A DNA stretch of 64,000 bases, taken from contig NC_043005.1 of NCBI RefSeq assembly GCF_006345805.1, positions 69,626,001-69,690,000 on the forward strand, read 5' to 3'. The position numbers were made by a program, and so were the translations under genes. This stretch comes from Octopus sinensis (Eukaryota). Positions within the stretch are counted from its first letter, which is position 1; every line of letters starts with the position of its first letter. Of the stretch, positions 52,254 through 64,000 are shown in pieces. The notes beneath the pieces were generated by a model that worked only from the letters and a program-made list of their open reading frames with translations, was not told the origin of the DNA and made no database searches.

Positions 52254-54468
52254 TATATACATACACACACATGCACACATACACATATATATATATATAT
52301 ATAGACATTTACATATATACCTATAGACATGAAGAAACGTAAATACATATATGCATGCAAGTATGTATATTTCATTGTGCGATTGGATAACATACATGTG
52401 ATAAATTATAAATTATTAATTAACTATTTGCATCTCGCACGGATATTAATCTTACTTCAATCCACAAGAGAGGCAATCAGACAGTAAGACATGAACTATG
52501 AACTGGCTGTTCAATACGTTCTGAAGGTCTTCGCTCTTTCCCCATAAACCCATTAATTAGATAATTTTAATGATAGTTTTATGATTATATTCAGCTCAGT
52601 TCATATTGTGAGAGTTACACTAAAAACGATTAAAGCTCCTGCTAGTATTGTATCATATAAGTTTGAACCATGCAGCAGCGTTAATACACATCTTACAGCG
52701 TTCGATTACTTTTAGCCTGTTTTTGCCCATTACTCGATAATGAGACTATCATATTATTTCTCTTGAAAAGGATGATAAAATAAAAAGTTGTTGCCATTAT
52801 TAGCTAAAGGGAAATTAATTGGTTTTCTTAGAGAGGAGGTATCAGGAACAAAAAAACAAAAAAAAAAAACAATATAGACAGGAATGAAGAAGTAGAGAAA
52901 TTGTCAAGGGGTGATGTGCTTTATAATCAGTATTAAAGGTACTATCGTTGTCAACATTAACGCAATCATAATCATTCTATACGCCACAGCCGTATCGCCG
53001 TCGACATCGCAGTCACCACCGCTACAAATAAGAGCAGCACCATTAGCAATAATGCTATAAAAACACAATCTCCACCACCATCAGTAATGACTCTAAGATC
53101 ACTTTGAAAATGAAAATCATCATCATAATCGATACCATCATTATCATCCTGAAGTTATTTATCACCAATTGTAGCTAAGCATTTGAATAGCTTTCATCCT
53201 TGCCACAACAACGAAACTGCATTATAGCTATAACGAGGTAACTTCAACCTGCAATTAGTTGCAAGGAAATCTTCACTAAATACTAATCACCAGTTATCGG
53301 AATTGTTTAGCAGGAATCATAAACTAAGTAAGAACAGTAGACGAACCAAATAAGTGATGATTTTTCTGTTTACAAACGGAAATATATTCATTATTTTTTT
53401 TTTACAAGTGCAGCAATGAAAGTAAATGTGTACGCCGCTGGCTTGGTAACACATATATAGGTATATGCCATACAAAAGTTTGGTGATTTACGAACAATAT
53501 CAAGAAACGATGTTCACACATAATGCAGAAACAGACATGAGTTGTTTTAGAGGAAACGTATTATCGATTGCGTTTGAAGTAGGGAAAAAGAGAGAAACGT
53601 TCATGTGTACACATAACTATTGCAGGACGGACAATCGTTTGTTCGAATTCGTCGCTTTCCAACAAAATTTGTCTCCTCAGCAAGTCACATCGTTGAAAAA
53701 ATGCACACACTAATGATGTACTTCAATTGATGAAATCACATGTTCGTGTAGAACGCACGTATGGCAGCGTTTTATTCTGTAAAATTCAGTTTCATCAAAA
53801 TGGTGGAGTAATTTATAATGCATACCAGGAAGAAATTTCAGGAACCAGGGTTGAAAAATGTTAAATATGTCTTGGAAATTTCGGACGCAAAATATTTTGA
53901 AATAAATCTCTTCCGAAGTACTTAATCACTTTCAATATAACATTCAGGTAAACTTATATAAGTTGTTACTATATATGGTGAACACGCAACATTCAAAAGT
54001 CTTTTTTTTACTAAGATGTCTTTAAATCCCAAGGATTACACTAAAGCTATGAATTTGATTGATCAGTCGATGAATCATAAAACTGTCTGTAATGTTCAAT
54101 ACGAAATCATAATATAATCCAACAAAGATTGTCAGCGCAGGTCAAATAAATCAGTACTTAACAACAACTGACATAACATATGATGAAATATCTAGTTACA
54201 TATTAACTCAAACACGTACTGTCGCACATACGCAATAAAGCACAAATACAGATACATAAAGATATACTTGTTCGTTTATTTCCTTTCTATACTTCTGTTT
54301 ACATATTTTCGTATATAAATACTTTATATACAAATGTGAGTAAACATATGTATAGATATATTTGTCTTTATTTGTGTATATTATAGATGTGGTAGCATGT
54401 GCATTATTTATACATACATTCATATATATACATATTTATATATATAAAGACACACATATATATACATG

Positions 54469-54500
<32 letters not shown>

Positions 54501-54665
54501 TTGTCAATCATACATTTATCTATATCATATATATGTATATGTGTGTATATATATATTTATACATATATACAATATATGTATGTATATATATATATATAAC
54601 TACATATACATACTTACATTCGCAGACGCAAACACATGTATATGTATAGACACACACTTACATAT

Positions 54666-54723
<58 letters not shown>

Positions 54724-55316
54724 GTAGGTATGCGCATATGTATGTACGTATGTATTCTCACTTGTATATACACTTTCTATAACATGCGGTTGCTTCGTGT
54801 TTCTGTGTGTGTAAGATAAATGCGTCTATATTGTTTGTTCCTACAAGAATAACATTATACGTAAGGAAAAAAATAGTTATGAAATGCAAGGACAAGAATA
54901 AAAAAAAAGAATCTACAGCTGTAATTTGGGTAGAACTGACTCCAGATGTCTGACATAATGTCTGAGACAGATAAAGAAACATATTTTGTAGGTCACCAGC
55001 TGACAGTGTGTTATTGTTTGTTATATTTGTAAGGAATATCAATATATCATTCTTCTTGAATTATGATGATTCTTTTGATCTCTAGCAACATTTCCAAAGT
55101 ATATTTCATTGCCGTTGTTTGTATTTTGATGTGACCACTTTTATTGATTCTCGTCTCTAGGTTCGATAAAGGAATCTTTTCTCGTTTGTATATTTTTGTA
55201 TAGGTGGCTGGAATTTGCAGTTCAAAGAAAAATGAATATAGACTGTTTTAATATGCTCTCACTAACAAAAACCCACATTTAGGTTGTTGTTCTTATTTTT
55301 ATTAGTGTTATGAACA

Positions 55317-55503
55317 TGGCGGGCTGGCACAATCGTGAGCGCCTCGGGTGAAATGCTTAGAGAACTTTCTTCCGATACTTTACTTTCTGAGCGCCAATTT
55401 CACAGAAGCCGACTGTGCTTTTCATCCTTTCCGGGTCGATCACCTGAATCGAAATGACCCACATACATTCTCTTCCCAATATTACCACATGTGCCAAGTT
55501 TGA
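55317..55503 (+). mobile_element. SINE family A, tail type 2
   Basis: GGCGGGCTGGCACAATCGTGAGC..GCTTTTCATCCTTTCCGGGTCGAT..GTGCCAAGTTTGA. Confidence 0.75.
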
Positions 55504-55516
55504 CATCATCCCCATT

Positions 55517-55708
<192 letters not shown>

Positions 55709-55859
55709 TTAAAAAGGATTGACGTAACTCTTCACAAGCGTAAAGAGTCAAGACGAAAAGCACGATTCGATTGTAATAGATATCTTATTGGTTGAACGAT
55801 ATTTCAAGTTCAAAATAAGAAGTTGTAAATATTCAAAATAATAGAAATTTAAATGTAAA

Positions 55860-57045
55860 GTATGAACGAGAGCAACCAGCGTCCACACGTTGATGAAATT
55901 ACATCATCAGTATTTCAGTTTCAATTTTATAACAGGTGGAAATAAAAAGACAGAAAAACGACAAAAAAAGAGGAAAGAAGAAAGAGAAAAAGAAGAATAT
56001 TTAATCAAACATTTTTCTATAAATTTTATGATATTCTCCTGTCATTTTATTCATTCATCCAAGACATGATATTAAACATATTTCTCCTCAAGCATTCTGA
56101 GAAGTGTAAGTGAAGCAGATTCACAATATTTTCTGAGAATATGCACTTTCAAGTCTTCTTCAAAATTTCAACCAACCGCTTGAAACGATATGTTCAGCAA
56201 GTTCTGTCGTACTACTGTTTTTGATACTGACGTCGAATTTGTGCCCATAAACCTTTTGTTTATTTGTTCTGTTGTAGTACAACCAACATAAATTAAGTTG
56301 TGTTTCGTGCATTCTTTCGCGTACACCAAATGGAAATCTATACATGTCCCACCTTCTGTATAATTCATAGCATTTCTGTTGTGGTTCCAGATGGAATTCA
56401 CTTAACACGTGTTGTTGGACAATGAACAAGGCTTACGTCTCTTGCGGTTGTTTTTAAAGTACAGCATGCAGATATTCTAATGCTCGTTTTCTTGGAGTCA
56501 TTGATAGGTCAATGATTCTGTTATATTCTTATTCCGTGTAAAGGCCACAATAGGCGGCTGAGTAACTATCTGTTTGAAACGAGGATATCTTTTTCGCCAC
56601 ATGCTGGTAACATTCGTGCAACACGAATGCCAGTGAAATTTCCGTGCCAGTTAATCACTTAAGGAATTCTATCATCTATTGTATTGTGTTTGCTAAAATT
56701 ATGCGTGAAGGTTTTACTATCTTTGCTAATTTTAGCATTTTCAGTTGCTATTTCCTATAATTGTGTTTCACTGTAACCGTGTTTGACATAATGATGTACA
56801 AAAACATTTGCATGTTTCCAGTAATCCCCTATGTCAGTACAAATCCGTCTTATTCTCAAAAATTAGGATTTCGGATTTGACCGAATAATATGATATGGAT
56901 GATCGCAGCGGCGGTGGAGATAAATGTGGGATGGCGTGGGCATGCAAAATAACACTGTCACTATTCTGCCTCCAGAAACTTCACATTGTTTTGTCCAAAA
57001 CCTCAACTAGACGTGAATTTTATGTTGGACTTTAAATCATAGTAT
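55860..57045 (-). mobile_element. decayed Neptune-like Penelope element (RT thumb plus GIY-YIG)
   Basis: Minus strand: LFCMPTPSHIYLHRRCDHPYHIIRSNPKS*FLRIRRICTD..KHGYS and GGTC..LVYAKECTKHNLIYVGCT..QINKRFMG. A CTGATGA HHR remnant lies at ~55885-55912. Confidence 0.8.
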
Positions 57046-57099
57046 TTAGCACTGTTTTCTGCAACTTTACTAAACTGAATTGTATGGCTATTTCCTCTC

Positions 57100-57620
57100 T
57101 CGATCTGTTCAGATCTTTAGAAATAGTTCCCAATTCAGCTATAACTACTGGTATACATTATTCCCGCACTTTCCCTAGTCTGTGTTATTCAATAGCTAGG
57201 TCCTGGTACTTTGCTATTCTTTCTAAACTTATATTAATTTTTCATTATTTGGGACTGTAAGGTCAATTATCTTGCACATTCAGGCTTTCTAGCTTCTATT
57301 CTTCTGTCAGTCTGAATGCTAAATTCCCACGACATCTTATATTTCTTACTTTCTGGTACTTTTCTAGGTTCATGTTCATACCATTTATCAGTATGTTCAA
57401 ATCCTAGCTTTCTACAAAGCTTCCAGTGGATTGATCTCCCTAGTTTTTCATGCTGCTTCTTGTATTCTATTTGTGCCAGCATGCTACATTCACTTAATAT
57501 ATGATTAACCACTTTCCTCCTTCCATTCGCATAATCTACGCTGAGAATATACTTGGTTTTTGTCTATTTGGGCTTTTATCCAATTAGTCCTTAATGATTA
57601 TCTTGCGCAGCTGCTAATTG
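57100..57620 (-). mobile_element. R4/Dong-like non-LTR retrotransposon 3' fragment (CCHC knuckle plus RLE)
   Basis: VNHILSECSMLAQIEYKKQHEKLGRSIHWKLC..KWYEHEP..WEFSIQTDRRIEARKP is the RLE-clade signature. Confidence 0.85.
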
Positions 57621-58603
57621 TGATGGTTTCTATAAAAAAATTAGTTCAATAAAGAACATACTATTCAATATCAACACACCACTTTGAATATAGATGAATA
57701 TAAATAAACATAGAAAGGATATAGATATTTATTTCGGAATTATTAGAAAAAAAAAATTCACACACATTACATTTTTATAACTGAATAGGTAAAATACCTA
57801 AATATAGAAGCGACGAAATACTACAATTGCTAAACAGACGCAGAATGAAAATAAAGAGCTAGAATTATAAAGAGAAGGAACTGATCAATCGTTTGAAAGT
57901 TAAAAATGAGAAAATATCTCAAGCATGTATATATTTGGATAAAAGCAAAACTATAACCAAACTACTAGTTTTTAATTAAAAATAATCACGTAGAATGCTA
58001 GTATCACACAATTATAAAGAAACTGTAGCCAGAAATACATATATTTCACACAAAAGATAATCCTGAATGGAATAAAGAAAGATTACATCTGCTTACGGAG
58101 TATGGGACCATAAAATTTCACCGCCAAGGCAAGCTGTACAAAACACTATACTGGACATATTGGGGAAAATTCTCTCAAATGAAAAGGACTGACGGTATAA
58201 CATATTTTCTCTCAATATCTGGGTGTCGTGTTATCTGGGTGATACAAAAACACCAATCAAAGTATAAGACATTCAAATAGACATAGATACATAACGGTTA
58301 TTCTCCAAGTATTTCAGAATTTGGCCAAATCGTGCTTACGAAAACACGAAAATGTTCAGAGACAGAATGCATATGACCACGGATACATATAGAGAAGTGT
58401 CCAGTAGAAGGCTCCGAAGCAAACGTCATAAAATGTGGATAGAGAGTATACGGGCTAATTGTTACATTTGAGGTAAAATACACCTTGGTACCGAATGTAC
58501 CGAAGATCTAGTAAGATAAATCAAACAAAATAAGTACAAAATAATAAAGACTGAGAACTGCCATTTGACCTAGAATTACAATAAGATTGGGAAATCTTGC
58601 AGT

Positions 58604-58691
<88 letters not shown>

Positions 58692-58720
58692 TCACAATTT
58701 AGGTTAGTTGAAATACGTTT

Positions 58721-58760
58721 GGCTCTGATGATGGGATATCAACAATATCCCAGAAACAGG
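58721..58760 (+). ncRNA. truncated hammerhead motif of the 25139 family (U-A at 10.1/11.1) in a pseudo-LTR remnant
   Basis: CT-CTGATGA-TGGGATAT-CAACA-ATATCCCA-GAAACAG; the 3' half of stem III and stem I are missing. Confidence 0.55.
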
Positions 58761-59983
58761 CTTATCTATTTATTTGTCTTTCTCCTCATACATGTCCAGG
58801 AAACACCTCATAGTATTGGCTTTGGTTTCTCATTTTGACTTATATATATAAATGAGTTAACGAAGATGTATTTCTCTCAGATTCGTGTGACATTTTATAA
58901 TTCTTACATTACCTAACTTAAAATTATCTTCGAAATCTCAACGTCCTTGAAGTTGTATTAAGACACGTCGACAGCATGTGTTGGAGTTAGACACTGAAAA
59001 TCGTACTGCATCTGAGCTACAGACATTTCCTCTAACATTTATTTATTTTATATCAGCTAGAGTTTCCCTGCATGCAGTAACTACCTCTTTACCTGTCTTA
59101 TTGTATTGACATATTGGGAGTATTACTTTCGAATTGTAGCTCTTCACTAACTCTACCATCTGAAACGAGTTTTGATAGAATCGTTGTGAGAGATGGAGGC
59201 ACTTACACTGGATGACAGGAAATCATTATTTTCGGTATGCGATCGATAGTATCACTAAAATGTAAGTGTGGCCATAAACTTAAATCACGATGCTATGTTT
59301 AAATAAAAGCTTTAGTCACCTGGCGTGAATTAAGGACCCTATTTGAAGATACTCTTTCTAATAAAAGAGGACGATATGGTTTCCTCGTGTGAGTAAGCTT
59401 AAGGAATATCGTGGGATATACTTTATGATTTATACGTGAAGAGCACTGAAAATTGTTCTCGAACGTGGGATCGGGAACATCTAATAGGCGCATAATATCT
59501 GGACTATACACAGTTTGAAGCTATATTTTCTCTGCAATTATTAAAAGTTAGGTGGACAGTCCATTTGAAAAATGAAAATATTTGCTACTAGTCTTATAAC
59601 AATTTATATGATCTAGCATATGTCTCGTCATTAAATCGCATGAGAATATTAATGTATACTGTAAAAATAGTATATCAACGTTTGAAAAAAGATTTCTACA
59701 GTAAACGGCAAAAGTTGAATAAATTTTAATACTTTATATATGCACACGAATCTAATATCACCATATCCCATATACATGTAAATATTCTATGCATTTATTT
59801 TTACTTCATATTTATATTATATATTTTATATTCATATCGTTCCATTTATTTATTTTGTCGCTTTACTTTAAATATTTTTTAGATACATTTCCCAAAATTT
59901 CCTCATAGCAATGGTCGATTGCGTAGCATATTCGATCAATACGAGAGACTCACACAAAAAAAATCACATCTCCATACACATTC

Positions 59984-59990
<7 letters not shown>

Positions 59991-60054
<64 letters not shown>

Positions 60055-60083
60055 TATATATATATATGTATATATATATATGT

Positions 60084-60119
<36 letters not shown>

Positions 60120-60130
60120 CATACATACAT
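59991..60130. repeat. (TA)n-rich microsatellite (similar tracts at 34309-34402, 35684-35848, 44395-44454, 52108-52250, 54669-54722, 58606-58685, 60900-60963, 61410-61460, 63520-63603)
   Basis: Direct inspection. Confidence 0.95.
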
Positions 60131-60873
60131 ACATATTAATATCATCATATGTATCAGTGGTTATTGCATATGTATGTACACACGAACATACACACAAACT
60201 CATACCCACACTTACACACATTCATATACACACATATGCACATACACATTATCTATGCATATGTGATAGTGAACCAATAAATCGATCGATATTTCAGATT
60301 TTATTCATTTTTATATTTATTTCTATTAGTGCTCCATTTGATCTGATCTTTTATATTTGAGGAAAGGCTACAGATATCGATTGATCTAAAGGAATTTTAT
60401 TAAGTCCAACCGACTCTTCTACTTCTATACAGAATTTGTCTATACTTATTAACATAACCTCATTCTCCAATATACATACACTTCCAGAAATATCTATGAC
60501 GTTGTCGTAGCCCAAGTTGAATGTTATAGATTTTAGTTCTCGCTCATAAATGTACAAATGATTATTTCTATTTTATTTTATATACTCACTGGTTAGTATT
60601 TAACACCAAAAAATCCGTTTGAAAGTGAGAAGAATGTTGATATTTCGTATAATATTTTAAAGTTTCAAATGTACGTCGAATAGCTTAATTTCCTATTGCT
60701 CACATTTTATAATTTTAATCTTTCTCATGCATACCAAACTGTATAAACAACATGAAAAAATCTTTGCATTTTACGTCTTTTAACGTCAAACATTATATAT
60801 ATATATATCACTTTGTTATGCTAAGCAGACTATTAAGTTTAATCACGGTACACACACACAATATATACATACA

Positions 60874-60965
<92 letters not shown>

Positions 60966-61408
60966 CAAAATAAGCAACAAGGATATCCAAAGGTAATGCA
61001 GTACGATCGTTTCATGCGACTTCATTTAATTAGACAAACAAGTATTATATCAGTTTTAAAATATAGAGCAATCTTCAGCTGCATATAAACATAGAATTTT
61101 AGTTAAATTGAGAAGATTCATTTTTATAATTATCCCATTTACCAACATCACAAAGAGGATAAGTAGACAGAGAAACCAGTTTCATTAATAGAAATATGGT
61201 AGTAACTAATATTTATTCATGGAGACACTGCCTATCACTGATTTTACTTTGCTATTTAGATTTAATATTGGGGGAGCGGGTTTAATATTATTCTATTAAG
61301 TCTATTGGAGACAACAGCAATAATCTATCTTTTATAGATAGAGGAAGAAACGGTTTCAGTGGCAGAGCTATAAATCACGTTCTCTTTGAAGAAACTCATT
61401 TGGTACAG

Positions 61409-61459
<51 letters not shown>

Positions 61460-61462
<3 letters not shown>

Positions 61463-62200
61463 TTTACACTTTAACCTTGACGGTATTCTCCATTTAATGG
61501 AATGCGCCGGTCCACACGCGTTTTCCACTGTTCGACGCAGTTCTGTTACCCTTGCGAAGTGAAGCCTTTTACCGCCTCCGTTGTTTTTCGTTGCCTCATA
61601 CACAGTTGCAAATCCCATAGTACAAGATTTCGTCACCAGTGATGAACTTCGAAACAAAGGTCCGGATCAACTTGCAACTGTTCTTTCAGTTCGGGACATG
61701 CATTCATTTGTGATTGCTTTTGACCTTCTGTGAGCAAACGAGGCTCAAGTTTTTCTCCAACTCACTTCATTCGCAATTCCTTACGCAAAATGTGTTGGCA
61801 GGAACCCCAAGCCACCCCAATCATATCAACAAGTTCCACAAATTTTCAGCGACGGTCCTCCACGATCAGTTCATATTTTTTCATGTTTTCATTCGTCCGG
61901 GATGTGAACGGTCGCCCGGGACGATGTTGGTCCTGAAGCATCGAGTGACCATTCCTATTGCGTGGAAAGCATTCGTAAATTTGTGTTTTGCTCATAGCAG
62001 CGTCATTGTAAGCTGTTTCAAGCATGATAGCTGTTTCGGTTGCCATTTTCCCCAGCGGAACACAGAATTTCGTTGCCGTTGGAAGACCGAGCATAACTCA
62101 CCGAAGATGCGATTTGAAATGTTAACTTTCATGCCCAAATGACAATGTAACCTTCATATAATTAAGGTAACTTCAGCCTAATGAGTAGGTAGCCGAGTGT
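61460..62200 (-). mobile_element. decayed, internally deleted mariner
   Basis: KFCVPLGKMATETAIMLETAYNDAAMSKTQIYECF..RPGRPFTSRTNENM (HTH region), ITGDE-like motif near 61630, C-terminal KTRVDRRIPLNGEY near 61485-61525. Confidence 0.85.
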
Positions 62201-62289
62201 CTTTCGTTGAGTAATTAATCCACAAGAGGAAATACTAGGTAGGAATCATATGTAGCATGGGATTCACATGTTCCACTTCCTAAATTTGA

Positions 62290-62358
<69 letters not shown>

Positions 62359-63520
62359 GTGTGTGTGTGTGTGTATGTGTGTGTGTGTGAGTGTGTATTC
62401 ATAATACATGTGCATATATATAAGAATAATTTGAGGAAGCAATATCCACGTAAAAACAATCTCGATTTTTATTTTTTATTAGCTGTTGTAGTCCCGAATT
62501 TAGAAACTGGTGCTTTTAGTGTGCTTCAATGCTTCTCTGGTATTGGTAGTAGTTCGTGTTGTGGTCCGGAATTTGTGAATGTTAGTAATTTTAATGTGTT
62601 TCAATGTGTTGGCGTAAAGTCTATAACATGGATACACACACTCATAGATACAAAATACACGGAGATCACAAGTAGCTCAAATTTTAACCTACGGAATTTG
62701 TCCTGTAGCGCCGTTTTTGACATTCCTAGTATTGATATTAGTTCTTGTGTGTTGTATGGTTTTTGTGCACCTTGTATGTTAAATGCAATATTTTATTCTT
62801 AGAATCGGTAGAGATTTTGGCTTGAATGATTTGATTCATAGATAGCACCAATGCTGTTTATCAAAACTTTATTTCTTCCTAGTATATTTTTTCGTATATT
62901 ACATAACACACGAAGAGTTATTGCTGTCCTTTTGCCACCTCTATTGCATTAATGTATGTGTAAATATGAAAATAGTTTAGTATGTGTGATAGGTAAGTTT
63001 AGCTTACTTTTCAAATGGATTCGATGTTTAAGTAGCATTGTAGCGTTTAATATTAGCTAAATTTTAAACGATACTTGCTAAGCACATAAAATATGCGTCT
63101 TTTAAAGTAAGTTTGTTTACATTTGAAAATATCTAAACTTTGTCGTCAACTAAGTCAAATACGATATTTCGTAACTCAGGACTAAAATTCACTTATTTTT
63201 CTTGAAGAGATCAAACAATATAAGATTATTGCATCTTTGAAGTTATATTTATTGATGAATCTTAAATATTGTTATAGCGAAACATATATTTGTATGAAGA
63301 ATATCTTTTGCAATGTAGAATATCTTTTGGGTTATTTTGTTGGCTGAGGCGGTTACTTTTACAATCTTATACTCTCATGGGTATATTGTTTCATCTTTTA
63401 ATCTCCAATGCTTTTCCAATTGTAATACAGTTAAAACAAACTAAGCATTTAAAAATTGTTTCTTCTCCATTTTCTTTTATTGACATTTTAAGTATATACA
63501 TACATGCACACATACATACC

Positions 63521-63579
<59 letters not shown>

Positions 63580-64000
63580 TATACATATATATATACATAT
63601 ATAAAGAGAGAGAGTTAAAGTGTGGTGGGGTACAGTAATAGATATGCACTATAAGTGCTTAGTTACGTTTACCTCGAAAACTTCCGTGTGAAGAGCAGCC
63701 AAGAAAAAGCACTGTTGAAGCTGCCTATCAAAGATGGTTAGAAGTGATTCGTACTTGAGCAGGAGAATATACATTGAAAACATTTCAATAATTGATATGT
63801 TTTACGACGACTCATCTGAAACATTTGATCATGGGTCTACCAACGAATGTCATCTTATTTTGCGTTCTTTTTAATTCCTTAATCTCTCGTTATACTTGGA
63901 AATAATAGTATCCTGGATTAAGGTTATTCTTCATTTCTCTATTTCTCTCTCTCTCTCTCTTTGTCTGATAATGCAATACCTAGGTAACGTTAAAATCTTT

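Noticed and set aside
59299-59511. YSPDI motif suggesting a mariner catalytic region
   Set aside because: Only 5 residues match and the flanks could not be aligned.

Overview
AT-rich, microsatellite-saturated eukaryotic DNA with no supportable host protein-coding exon. Most listed ORFs are translations of (TA)n, (CA)n, (TATG)n or (TAA)n tracts. The SINE families and repeat landscape look like an octopod cephalopod genome (inference, not verified). The window is a mosaic of transposable elements: about 14 copies of a tRNA-head SINE with a Nin/Deu-like domain and two alternative tails, a second SINE family, RTE-BovB, Tx1/L1-like and R4/Dong LINE fragments, three decayed mariners, non-autonomous Helitrons, and two 1.4-1.7 kb near-identical tandem duplications bounded by (TA)n. 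There are also several Penelope-like elements (PLEs), including a 5.1 kb copy with RT-thumb and GIY-YIG remnants between ~1.35 kb inverted arms. The most interesting signal, invisible in the ORF track, is about 12 type I hammerhead-ribozyme (HHR) motifs from several families, mostly in small fold-back PLE-derived units in (TA)n tracts. They include non-canonical cores: a compensatory G3:C8 swap (23903-23953, minus) and U.U or U-A pairs at 10.1/11.1. All folds were done by eye and no activity is demonstrated.
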